Origin: Octopus bimaculoides
Taxonomy: Eukaryota
Assembly: GCF_001194135.2 (NCBI RefSeq)
Contig: NC_068982.1
Coordinates: 124,222,313-124,286,312, forward strand
Direction: 5' to 3'
DNA length: 64,000 bases
Each line of letters opens with the position of its first letter. Within the stretch, counting starts at the first letter, position 1. Both the position numbers and the translations under genes were made by a program. The notes under the pieces were generated by a model that ran no database searches, was not told the DNA's origin, and saw nothing but the letters and a program-made list of their open reading frames with translations. Shown here in pieces: positions 24,401 to 38,207 of the stretch.

Positions 24401-27400
24401 GTTAATATAAATATATATTAATATCATCATCATCATTCAACGTGTTGTCCATGCTGGCATGGGTTGGATGGTTTGACCAGGGCTGGTAAGCTGGAAGGCT
24501 GCACCAGACTCCAGTCTGGTTTGGTGTGGTTTCTATGACTGGATGCCCTTCCTAATGCCAACCACTCTGAGCGTGTAATGAGTATTTTTATGTGCTACCA
24601 GCATGGGTGCCATTTGCATGACATCAGTATCTGCCATGACTGCAATTTTACTTGGCTTGATGGGTTTTCTCAAGTACGGCATAATGCCAAAGGTCTCGGT
24701 CATTTGTCATTGCCTCTGTGAGGCCCAACATTCGAAAAGTGCTTTTCACATACCATCGGTATTGGCCAGCTTGCCTCCATGAGGCATATCTCACCCTTGA
24801 AGGGTGAGATATGTAAATGTGTCAATACAGTTTATTAAAACGAAACATTGAAGACTGAAGATAAATCTGTGACTTCTTAGGAGATCACATTTTGCATGTT
24901 GTAACTGATTACAATGTTTATGACTGTTTAGGATTGTTTATGTATTTTATTCTTATTCCATTAACTGATTTCGGTTTTACAATGTTTTACTGATTGCTCT
25001 AATCAAGCTGAGTAGAAGAATTAAAACTATCAGATTTTAATAAATTTTAAAAGTTATATATGTACTTCAGTTACATTCTCATTTTTCTTACTTTCATTAG
25101 TAAAATCTAATTGTAGATTTTTCCTTTAGTTGATTTATAGCTCCACAAAATTGGATATATGAAAAATCCTAAATGAAGATAATGTTTGACTAATGACAAT
25201 ACTGCTCAAAAGATTCTCATTAGTAACAACCAGAAGTAAACTGAGCATTAAAATATATAATTTTATAATGTTTAGGTAGCAAAGTATTTTTGTTATTTTT
25301 ATTATCTACTTGTAGAGTAAATGTGTTTCGTATCATTGTTTGGCAAACTAAACATTTTTTGAGTAAAGTTTTATCTACCTCCTGTAGTTTAAGTCATCCT
25401 GAATCTTATTTTAGCCATTAACCCTTTTGTTACCATATTTCTGTTGAGATGCTCTGTGTTTCTTTCAATTCATTTTAAATATAACAAAGAATTTAGTAAA
25501 ATAATTTAGTTACCATTCAGCTAGTGTTAGGAACTTAAATTGTGAATAAGGTTTGGTGGAAGATTTTAATTCAGAACTATTGGAAACAAGGCATTTGTAC
25601 TGCAGAGCCAGGGGCGGCTTCAGCCAGGTTGGTATCAAAAGGGTTAATAAAGAAAGAACAACAACTCTTTCTTGAAAATATTTCTATTTTTCAAGGTGGT
25701 GAGCTGCCAGAATTTCTTGAAAATATTTCTTCTCTTCTTTAAGGTGGTGAGCTGGCAGAATCATTAGCATAATGGAAGAAATGCTTTGTGGTATTTCATC
25801 TGTCTTTATGTTCTGGGTTCAAATTCTGCCAAGGCCTACTTTGCCTTTCATCCTTTCAGGGTTGATCAAATAAGTACCAGTTGTGCACTGGGGTCAACAC
25901 AATCAACTTATCCCCTCTTCTGAACTTGTTGGCCTTCTGTCAAAATTTGAAACCAATATTTCTTCTCTTCCAAATTTGATATTATTTTATTCATTATTTA
26001 AACATGTTTTTTTTTTTTTCAGGACAACATAAACTGTAAGGAATATCAGACATTGTTTGAGAAAAACCATGATCTACAGAAACAACTGTTGCAGTTATCA
26101 AAAGAAAACATTGAAATTCATTTTGAAATGGAAGAAGCGAAAAAAGATGTACCTCGTTTAAAGGTAAATTTTAACTATCATCTACTTTAACAATTAAATC
26201 AATGTTCTCAGCTGACAGTTTATTTTTAATGAAAACATAAAATGGGGAAGCAGAGGTTTGGACTTAGAGAATTCTAAGTTAGATGATTTAACAATAGTTC
26301 TCTTTTTATTTGCTAGAATATTGCTTACTTTTATAGGCATAAGTTTTCAGATTTATTAGATGGGGAGCATAAGAAGATTACTGTTTATAACTTCTGCAGG
26401 ACATCAGTAACAGGTCTTTCTATTTTTAAGGTGCTTACCTATTCAAACAATTTTGATAATATTTTAGCCTTAGATATTTCCTTTCAGTTTTGACAGAAAT
26501 GTATGTGTGTGTGTGTGTGTGAAAGAGAGAGAGAGAGAGAGAGAGAGTGTGTATAACAAATATTAAGAAGGTAATATAGCAATAGGAGGAGAAACAAAGA
26601 TGGCAGAGAATTGGGTAAAGATGCTCAAATAATATGGTGAGAGCTGAATTAATTATAGGAATTAGGAAGATTGTATTAATGTTATTATGTTCTATTAAGA
26701 TAATGTTCATTTTTGATATTTAAAACATTAATGGTTATATATGGATGCACTTTGAACAGACAGCTTTTGCAGTTAGCTAAGGATGTTAGAGATAGCGTTA
26801 ATAGAGGTTAAAACAGAATATATAGTTGTATCTTTTATGAAATTTGTGGAGACTCATAGGCTCAGGGACAGGGTGTGCAGGAGATGCAAGCACATTTTTT
26901 TTTTTGGTGGTGGTGGGTTCTAAAGTTTTTTTGGGGCCAGTGAAAATACTTTGAACATCCTGAGTTGGACCTGGGTTTGCACCCACTAAACAAATTTTGT
27001 TCCTGTACTTATGGAGAGACTGTATTTGAACTCAATTTTTAGAGATAAAACTTTTCACATGATTCATTGTCAATTCTTAAATAATTTCCATTACTTCCAT
27101 ACTTTAATAAAGGCTCGTGTTGATGATTTGCAAACATATATTGAAGCATTAAAAGCAGAAAACAAGCGTTTAAGTGGGGACAAATCAGAGGTTACAAAGG
27201 TAAGATATAATTTCTTTAAATTTATTTCTGAAATTATTACAAACTATGTGAAAAGCACCATTCGAGAGTGATCGTTGCCAGCATTGCTTTACTGGCACAT
27301 GTGCTGGTGGCACGTGAAAAACAACATTCGAGTGTGGTCGATGCCAGTGCCGCCGGACTGGCTCCTGTGCAAGTAGCATGTAAAAACACCTTTTGAGCGT

Positions 27401-28162
27401 GGTTGTTGCTAGAACTGCCTGACTGGCCTTCGTGCTGGTAGCACGTAAAAACACCCGGCATTAGGAAGGGCATCCAGCTGTAGAAACTTTGGCAGATCAG
27501 ATTTAGCCTGGTGCAGCCTCTGGCTCACCAGTCTTCAGTCAAACCATCCAACCCATGCCAGCATGGAAAGCGGACGTAAAATGATGATGATCATGATGAT
27601 GATATGTTAGAATTTTGCTGTTAATCAATTATTAATTGCTTGTCTTTAATAAAGATTAGACTTGTCAAGATAAAGAAAGTTATGGAGATAATGTCACCAT
27701 AATTACTTGCAGAATTCAGTTTTATTAACACTGTACCTTAACAAAGATAGTGTAAAGTAAATTGAGTTGGTTCTTGTTGTAGAGGAGCTACATGGTTGAT
27801 TACATTGAGGAGAGAGAGAGTGAGAAAGAATTATTGGTATGTCTAAAGAGATAGATAATGTTGCCACTTGACACCTCAGGTAGGCAGTGTAGTAGTGGGA
27901 GGAGGTTTGCGAGTGTGTGTGGCGGAAGAGATATGGGAAGTGGGAGAGAGGGAAGTAGATAGGCAACATCTGTGAAGGTTCGGAAGGGTGGAGGGGAGGG
28001 GTGCAAGAGTTGGGGAGGTTAGAAGGAAGCGAGTGGTAGGGTAGTAATGACGATAATGCTGACTGGGGGAGGAGAGAGATGATGTATTTGGGTAGGTGCA
28101 GGAGCAGAGCAAAAAAACAAACAGGTGAAGTGCATGTAGAGAGATAACTTGGTGGTTCAATG

Positions 28163-28198
<36 letters not shown>

Positions 28199-31100
28199 TT
28201 TACAGAGCTATGGTGAGTTACAATTACAAATGGTGGCATTTCTTGATATTTCCTGTCAACAAATCATCTGTTAGTTCTGCACATTTGAATTCCTCTGGGT
28301 TAAAAGAATTTCCTTTCTTACTTGAAAACAGGTAAGGATTGGTGACAAAGAAAGTATCTGCTGTAAAAATCCTGCTTCAGTTTCCTCCCACCTGTGCCAT
28401 GCCAGCGTGGAAAAGCAGATGTTAAACAAATGAACAGTTAGGTTGTTGGTTGGTGAGAGATTAAAAGTGTTAAGGGGTTTACTTATCAAATAGATCTTTT
28501 ACTTGTTTCAGTCATTAGACTGTGATCATGCTGGGGCACTGCCTTCCATGCAGTGGGACTGAACCTCGAACCATATGGTTTGGAAGCAAACTTTTTTCCC
28601 ACACAGCTACATCTATGCCTGATGGAAAGTGTTTTTGCATACATCTTACAATGTGTATTTGTGTATATTTTGGAAATACTCTTTCCAAAGTATATGACTA
28701 GTGCTCTCGTGTAAGGTACCATAATACTTTACTATAGAATGAATTCTATGTGAATTTTGTTTTGTTGTTATTGGGTAATGGTGACTATCCAAAGTTGACT
28801 TTTAAGATAACACACATGGTAAGATACTCTACTAACAGACCTATTTAAAACCATGTCAATATAGAAAAGCAAATAAACTAAAATATTTTGTTTTCGTATT
28901 AGGTTTACAAGATTCTTGATATGAACTCATGTGTTGAAACAGATTTTGTTGTATCTCAGGAGGGTCATTATGCCCATAATAAGCATATACATTGGTTCTG
29001 TTTTCACTTATTTAATATTTGTTAATTGGTTAACTACTTAAAAAATTAACTAATTGATTGTTTGGTTATGTTTGTGAAAGTTTTTTTGTTGCCATTTGCA
29101 ACCTCTTCAATGATATGCCCTCTGTATTCCAGGTCAGAATAACTGAAAGAGTAATCAAACGATTTATTAATTGGTTAAATAGTTAACCAGTTGATGAAGA
29201 AGGAAGAGGTGAAATAAAACCAGTGCATATGTTTATTATTGGCATAATGACTGTCCCAAAATACATAAAAAATCTAAACATATCTACATTTTGTAACATA
29301 ATTGATTATTATAAGCCTAATGTGAGTAAAAATAACAAATAATTTGATTTAATTATATTCTTTCATGGCTTACAGGTTGGTGAAAGCGGTAAAAGTCCAA
29401 AGGAGCTGGAGAAAATAATTGCATTGCTTAAAAAAGTAGTCGACCGTGTGCAGTCAGAGAATGAACAATTGAAGCAGTCAACTGGAACAGCTTCTCTGAA
29501 ACAAGAAAATCTTGATTTGGTTGTGAGTTTCTCTCTACTTTTATTGTTTAACACTTTAGCATTTGAATTGGCCATGTCTGGCTCAAATATTCTTCCTGCT
29601 TTTTGCTCAAACTGGTCAGATCCAGCCTCTCTCACTTGCCCTACAACGTCATTCTAAAAATATGCAAGCACATCATTGAAATTTTGAAGCTATGAAATAA
29701 TGCATGATTAATTCAAAATGATGTGAATAAATAAGCATTACATTTGACAGAGTAATCTGAATGTTAAAGGGTTAATGTAGGGCAATAACTGTGATTGTAT
29801 ATGAAACCTTGCTGCTGCTATTCCTACTGTTATCTGGTCAAAGCATTCTGTTTGTTTCAATTTGCTTGAAAAGTAGACACAGGTAGATGATCCTGCTCGG
29901 TCTGTAGGAAAAGTGTAAGTAGAAACTCCATAGGATGTACCAGGTGTGAGCTATGAATACATAAGAGGTGCAGCAAAATATCAAAAGAAGGTTAACTGGG
30001 AAGATAGTTTTTGTGTGTGGCAGATGCGCAGGGACACTAAACACCAAAGATGTACAGAAAACAGATTCCATCACATGCCAAGGGAAAAAACTAAAAGTGG
30101 TTGATAGCTTCCGTTACCAAGGTGACCAAGTCAGTAGCAGGGGTAGATGCTATTAGAGTGTAGCTACTAGAATAAGAATAGCCTAGGCAAAGTTCAGGGA
30201 GCTCTTACCTCTGCAAGTAACAAAGGGCCTCTTGATCAGAGTGAAAGATAGACTGTATGATGCATGTGTGCGAACAGCCATGTAACACAGCAGAGAAACA
30301 CGGGCTGTGACTGCTGAGGATATGTGTAGGCTTGAAAGAAATGAAGCTCGTATGCTCTGCTGGATGTGTAATGTCAGTGTGCATACACGACAGATTATAA
30401 GCGCCCTGAGAGAAAAGATGGACATAAGAAGCATCAGTTGTGGTGTGCAAGAGAGACAACTGTGCTGGTATGGTCATGTGTTGTGTATGAATGAGGACAG
30501 CTGTGTCAAGAAGTGTCACACCCAAACAGTGGAAGGAACCTGTGGAAGAGGTAAACTCAGGAAGACATGGGATGAGGTGGTGAAGCATGACTTTTTAACG
30601 TTGGGCCTCACAGAGGCAATGACAAGCAACCGAGACCTTTGAAGATATGCTGTGCTTGAGAAGACTCAGCAAGTCAAGTGAAATTGTAGCCATGGCTGAT
30701 GCTAGTGTTGCATAACTGGCTCGTTTAAAAGTACCCTTCAATAGTCAGGCAATATGCTTTGCTTGAAAAGACGTGTTGAGTCAAGCGAAATAGTAGTTGT
30801 GGCCGATGCCAGTGCCGTCAGACTGGCACTGGTGGCATATAAAAAGCACCCACTACACTCTTGGAGTGATTGGTGTTAGGAAGGGCATCCAGCTGTAGAA
30901 ACCTTGTCAGATGAGATTGGAGCCTAATGCAGCCTCCTAGCTTGCCAGTCCTCAGTCAAACCGTCCAACCCATGCCAGCATGGAAAGCAGATGTTAAACG
31001 ATGATGATGATACACATATTCTCCTGCTTTACAGTTGAGTTTTTCAACAACATGCAAGAATAAAAGAAAATCTGGGAGCCTTGAACAATTGAATATGAAA

Positions 31101-34100
31101 AGAAATACTAGTGGCTGTTGAGATAATATGCCTTAAACCTTTAGCATTTAAACTGGCTACATCTGGCCCAAATACTTCACCTATTTTATGTTTGAACTAG
31201 CCAAATCTGCCTTGTTACACCTGCCCTTCAATGTCATTCTAAAATAAACCATTACATCATTGTAGTTTCAAAGTTATGAGATAATACATGATTAATTCAA
31301 AACAATGTGAATTAATATGCATTACATTTGACAGAGTAATCTGAATCCAAAGAGTTAATGCTATCATTGTTTCTTTTGCAAATGTAACTGAATAATCTTA
31401 ACTGTTTAGTTACAATAATTGTTTTGATAGATTCTGTATAATCACAAATTACAAATATGTAGGTGCAAGCATGGCTTTATAGGTACAGGCATGACCATGT
31501 GGTTAAGAATCTTCCTTTGCAGCTACATTGTTTTGGGTTCAACCCCACTGCAAGTATCCTTTATTATACTCTTGGGCCAACTAATGTCATGTCAGTGAAT
31601 TTGGTTGGTGGAAATTTTGTGGAAGTCTGTTATATGTGTGTGTGTTTGGTGTGTATTGTGTGTGTGTAACTTTGTATTTGTCTCCACCACTGTTACACAA
31701 CTGATGTTGGTTTGTTTACAGCCCACTAACTTAAAGGTTTGACAAAAGAGACCAATAGAATAAATACCAGACTTTGAAAATAAGTACCGGGGCTGATCTG
31801 TTCAATTAAACTCTTTTAGGTGGTGTTGCACCATGGCTGCAATCCAATGAACGAAACAAGTATAAAATAAAAGGAAGGTATAGATAGTCTATATGATTAT
31901 AGATATATTTTCATAGTGGTGCTTCAGCAGGACCACAGCAACATAGCAGAAACATATATAAATCAATAAAAGAATATAATTATAAATGCAAATAGTTTTT
32001 CTGCCTAAAAAAAAAATTAATATTTTGAAAATTTAATTTTAAATATTTTAAGTTTCTTTTTTTTTTTATATTTTTGAAAAAGTTTTATGTTTTTTTTTTC
32101 TTTTTTCATCAGCAAAAAGTTAGGGATCTTGAAAAGAAATTGGGACAGTTCTCTACAGATAAACATCTTACAAAAGAGAAAGGAATGACAAAATTAATGG
32201 TTGATTACGAGAAACTTAGAAAAGATTTATTAAAAGTGAGTGACCCTAAAATATTGCTCCTTCTATTTTGGATACCAGTAGAAACACAGCCCGGAGGGCA
32301 GTGTTTCTGCTTGTATATATTGAACTGAGAAATTGTTATATAAATAGCACAGTATATATGTTGTATGATTGTCTTGTAATCAGTATGTTAAATGAAGTCA
32401 ATATCTTACTTAACTATATACATGAAGTTGACATAGATACAGAAATATCGGCGCTCATAGCCAATATATGACTTTTGAGACTGGTGGAAGGGAAGGAGGA
32501 AAGTATCCTCAAACCAGAAACTTGGCTCAAATGCTAAGGACATCCAAAATGCAGAGCGATGATGTTAAACTGGGCAACAGGTTATAAGTCTACCAACCAA
32601 GTAGGCAATGGCAAAATTTGAACTCAGAATATAAAGAGCTGGAAAAAAATACTACAAGTCATCCAGATCAATGTTCTTACAATTCCATCTTGGACATGAG
32701 TACATCTATTTCCAGTTTCAAAATTTGTTTCAAATATATTTTACTATTGTCATTTTTATTATGGTTTCATTATATGGTTTCAACTGTCTTGCAGGAGACT
32801 GATCTCAAAATGAAACTTCAAAACCAAGTTGAGGACCTACAAGAGGAACAACGAATTTTGAAATGCACAGTAGAGGGAAGTGGCATAAAGTTTGTTAAAG
32901 GTAACAACACATTGCAATCTTCTGAATCCAAAATTGATACAATAAAGAAACTGGAAGAAGATCTTGAAAATAAGGTAATAATTTCTATTTTTATTCAAAT
33001 GGTTTTTTTTTCTTTTGAGAGTATGTATGATAGTCTGTAGTAGCTAAAAAACTATTAAGTATAACAGTGGTTTTGTATTAGATTGTAATGCGAAATATTA
33101 CTATCTATTGTAAATATAATGCTGAAAAGGAAATTTTTTGTTGAGTTTTGTAATTTGCTCATTTCATAAGCACTGGTATAAAAACAAAGATCAAATCATC
33201 ATAAACTGCAAATTTCTATCTCACTGATAGAATGTATGAGAGGGGATGATAACATCAACCGTGATCCTGTAGCGATGGAATCAATTGTGTGCCTGTTTAT
33301 TTTAATCACAATGTATATAAGGAAAAAAATGGATGAGTTCACATAAAACTCGTACATGCTATGTGACTGGCGGATTTTAATTATTTAAACTAATACGCAG
33401 CATTTATTATATATATTCATTAGGAGTTCAATACACAACATTTTTCTTGAATTACTTGTTTTTATTTTGTCTGTTATACTTCTAAACAATTTTATTCCTT
33501 ATTTGATATATCTGGATAGCTCTTATTAAGTAAATTTCTTTTATGAGGAAAGTCAGTAAAGCCTTTAACAGACTTTCATGCTTTCCTCTCCAAATGTAAT
33601 TCAACTTTTGTATACATACATATATTTATTGGTTTTGAATTTTGGCACATTTGGGGGAAGGGGTAAGTTGATTACATTGATCCCCAGAAATCAACTGGTA
33701 CTGTTACATCGACCCTGAAAGGATAAAAGGCAAAGTTGACCTCGGCACAATTTGAACTCAGAACATAAAGATGGACAAAATGCTGCTAAGCTCTTTGCCC
33801 AGTGTGTTATCGGTTCTGCCTTATAATTACTCTAAAATATCACTGGTAATTGTTTGATACAATCTAGAGATAATCAAAGTTTTTTTTTCTATGGTTTGAA
33901 GTAGGAACTGTAATCTACTGAGCAGCACTGCTTAAAAATCAGCATTCTAAATTAAACTTTCACCCATCTTTCAAATCTTGACTAATGAGCTTCTGTTGTT
34001 TTTTTTCTCAAATGTAATCATTCAGTTCTATCTGTAATTGTATGTTGAGCCTACTTGACTTTGGGATTAATAATCTGATTCATGTGTTCTCACCACTCAG

Positions 34101-37100
34101 CATAGCTGGTACTTCAAGTATGATATGGTTGATATGGTGATAATCAATAGATTTATATTAAACTATGATAATTGCTTAATCAATGTATATGAAAATAAAG
34201 GATTACATTGTTTGTAATACATTTAATTTATTGTTGTAATATGACAAATATGTTTGATTTGTTAGTTTTGAACTTTCTAAGCATGGGAATTACATGAATC
34301 TAAATACATTAGGTTTGGAGCAGTCATAGCTGTGTCGTTAAGATGCCTGCTTCTCAATGGATGTGATCTCTGGTTCTGGGCAGCTCCTTAGTTAAGTGTC
34401 TTCTACTGTAGCCTTTGGCTAACCAAAGCCTTGTGAGTGGATTTGGTAGACAGAAACTGAAAGAAGGGCGGAGAGCTGGCAGAAACGTTAGTTGAGGGTG
34501 GCGAGCTGGCAGAAACGTTAGTTGAGGGTGGCGAGCTGGCAGAAATGTTAGTTGAGGGTAGCGAGCTGGCAGAAATGTTAGTTGAGGGTGGCGAGCTGGC
34601 AGAAATGTTAGCACGCCGGGCGAAATGCTTAGCGGTATTTCGTCTGCCGTTACGTTCTGAGTTCAAATTCCACCAAGGTCGACTTTGCCTTTCATCCTTT
34701 CGGGGTCAATAAATTAAGTACCAGTTACGCACTGAGGTCGATGTAATCGACTTAATCCCTTTGTCTGTCCTTGTTTGTCCCCTCTATGTTTAGCTCCTTG
34801 TGGGCAATAAAGAAATAAGAAACTGAAAGAAGCTCATCGTACATGTTGTGTGTGTGTAACCTTGCCTTAAGATCATGTGATGGGTGTAAACAAGCATCAC
34901 CATCATTATGCAAGTGAGAATGTTAATTTTCAGTCGCCCATTAAAAACATATCTAACTGTGGGGAAATATTAATTGGTAAGGGTTGGTGACAGAAGGGCA
35001 GATGGCCATAGAAAACCTACCTCAACAAATTCCGTTTGACCTGTGTAAGCATGAAAAGTAGACATTACACGATAATGATGATGATGATTAAATTTATTCA
35101 ACCAAATAATATATTTTTATTTATGATACATTTATAATAAGTTTTTATTTATTTTGTAGCGTAAAACAATGGCAGACATGAAAATTCTTTTACGAGAATC
35201 TGCTGAGAGAGAACAAGATTTGCTTCAAGAAAAACAAGAATTATTAAGAAAGGTAACACTAATTATTGGTCCTTATATTATCATTGTTTCTCTCTGTGAA
35301 TGTTGCTCTGAAAGTTTTGGGAATTTCCTGGTTTTCTTGGCCATCTTTATAATTTCAGTTGGCCTCCAGTTGTTAATATTCCACATATAGATCCTACATG
35401 TTATTATTGGTGTAGCTATTTAATTGCTTCTATATTTTTGCATTAAGTACACTTTTTAGCACTAGGTTGCCTACTAAATGTATATTTTTAATGTAATTCC
35501 CGAGACCTCTGTGAACATAGGAAGTATGAATTATTGATAATCATAAAACAATGTGTTTGTTTGAATCAAGATGTCAGGTGAAATGTATTTGAGATGGTAT
35601 TGATGTATCTTTTTGCAGTGAGAGAGAAAAGAAAAACAATTCTGAAATGCCTCAATATTTTGTGAGATCCTAAGAAAGCCAGTGGATCAAATAGTCGAGA
35701 TAGTTAGCCAAAAGGTTTATAACAAGCATTGTTAGAACGTGAAGATAGAAGGCATTGGTTTATCAGGGTTAAATGTGGAGATGCTTAAAGCATCAGGGTA
35801 TGTTGGTACTATACTCATTATGCAAAGGAATAATTACAGACATTTCAAGCTGATAGACCAATTCTTAAAAGTAGTTGTGATAACCTTTTCAATTCAAGAC
35901 TATTCTTCTGGGTTTGACACTTTTTCTACTGCTCTTTCACAAAGAAAAGGATCCATAAGAACCAGGTCCTCAAAATATAAAAGTTGCTAAGGATATGTGT
36001 AAGTAAAGATTAAATAGGTAGTTGATAACAAAGAAGATACATCTCTCCTTGTTTATCATTGGGGTTTGGTTTCCCAAAACAATACAGTGATAATTGAATC
36101 AGTGATAAATGAATCACCCCTGTGTACTTTGTAAATAGAATGAACGATAGATTCATTGATACCAGATTCATGGCCTACAACTGAAAAGCTTCTGCCATCA
36201 TGTATTTTCTCAATCATCTCTACCTTTTCCTTTAGAGAATACACTTACCTGCATCATTTGTTAGGATCAGGCGTCTTCATATTTTTTCTTTTCACTGGTT
36301 CCATGTTGATGGGTACTAGTACATAAATCCATGAAATAAATATGCAACCTTGCAACACGGTGATGTAAACCAGTGACAATCAGTGCTTTCTGGGTAGCTG
36401 AGCATTGTGGGGTATATTTTTTGCAGTACAAGTAGAATCTTCAACTAGTCAACAAGGCTACATGTATTAGCAATAATGAGAGTAATGGTGATAATTAGTG
36501 TTACAGTGATAATCATTGTTATTGTTTTTGGCCTGATTATGTTTTTCTGATATCGTTATTTTTTAATGAAATGAACCTTTTATTTTCTCTTGCAAACAAC
36601 CCTAATTGTTGTATAGAAACTGTTATTAGTGAAAAGTAGAACTCAAAATGTCTTTGATGTTTGACAATTTGGTTTTATTATGCATATGGTGCAGGCATGG
36701 TTGTGTGGTTAAGAAGTTTGCTTCCCAACCATATAATTACAGGTTCAGTCCCCTTGTGTGACACTTTGGGTAAGCATCTTCTCCTATAGCCCCAGGCTGA
36801 CCAAGGCCTTGTGAATGAATCTTGTAGATGAAAGCTAAAAGAAAGCCCATCATATATATATATATGTATGTATGTATATATGTATGTATGTGTGTGTGTG
36901 TGTGTGTATGTATGTGTGTGTGTGTGTGGGTGTGCATGTGGTAGTAGGGTGGGAGATGTGCTGCCTTGCTATTGCATGGTAATTACAAACAAGTGTCACC
37001 ATCATATGAGCAATGTCATTTGTTTGCAATCTTCTGGAAAAGCATGTCTGGCCTTGGAGAAATATTATCTTTGGCTACAGGAAAGGCATCCAGCTGTAGA

Positions 37101-38131
37101 AAATTTGCCTCAGCAAACTCCCTCTGAGACATGTGACCCATGCAAGCATGCAAAGTAGATTTTAAAATGACAGTGATGGTGGTAGCAGTGGTAGCAACAG
37201 AGGTGGGGGGGGGGGTAGTTGTGGTGGAGGTAGTAGCAGTGGCCTGAATAAGAAAAAATAATTTTAGATTTTTTTTGATGTCTTAAAACTTGCTTGTTTG
37301 AACTTTTCAAAATAAAATTAAAAAAATTTTTTTTTTGCATGCCAATTTCCAGATTCAGCTGTTAGAAAGTATTCCAAATGAATCTATCAATTCAGATGCT
37401 GCATTAAACCATGCTTACAGAAAAGCCAAGTAAGTAGTCTTGAACTGAATTCTTTCATAATGTTTTCATATTTATTATGTTTGTTTTAAAATGACATGTA
37501 AAAACATGAAATAAAATACCTTACTTGAAAAACAAATAAGGATTGGCATCAGGAAGAGCATCCCACCATTAGAATATTGTCTCAAAATGTCTCATCCAAC
37601 CCATGCCAGCATGGAAAAACCAAACATAAAAATATTCTTTTCTACTCTAGGTACAAAGCCTGAAAGTTTTGGGGAGGGGGGGCAGTCGATTAGATTGACC
37701 CTAGTGCGTAACTGGTACTTAATTTATTGACCCTGAAAGGACGAAAGGCAAAGTCGATCTCAGTGGAATTTGAACTCAGAACGTAAAGACAGATGCAATA
37801 CAGATAAGCATTTCACCCTGTGTGCTACTGTTTCTGCCAGCTCTCCGCCTTCTAAGCACTAAAATATCAAATACACAAGTGCTTCTGTTCGTCATCGGCA
37901 GCTCCAGCTCATAGCCAAGTATTGGGTTCGTCAGTACCAGCATGCTGACATAGCAGTCAAACTGACCAAACCATAAGTTTAGTGATAGCTTGTGGTTTGG
38001 TCAGTTTGACTGCTATGTCAGTATGCTGGTACTGCTTGCTAATACCCTTAATTATTAATTGACATTTTATACCATTACAGGTTTTTTTTTACGCATGCTA
38101 AACCACTGATAATATTATAAATAATAATATA

Positions 38132-38207
<76 letters not shown>

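Noticed and set aside
27703-28239. 178-aa minus-strand ORF and the similar 2140-2700 ORFs
   Set aside because: Low-complexity purine/pyrimidine-skewed sequence with no recognisable domain.
34471-34620. Regular 30-nt repeats suggestive of a CRISPR array
   Set aside because: No unique spacers; the unit is the SINE-A promoter head, in a eukaryotic intron with no cas genes.
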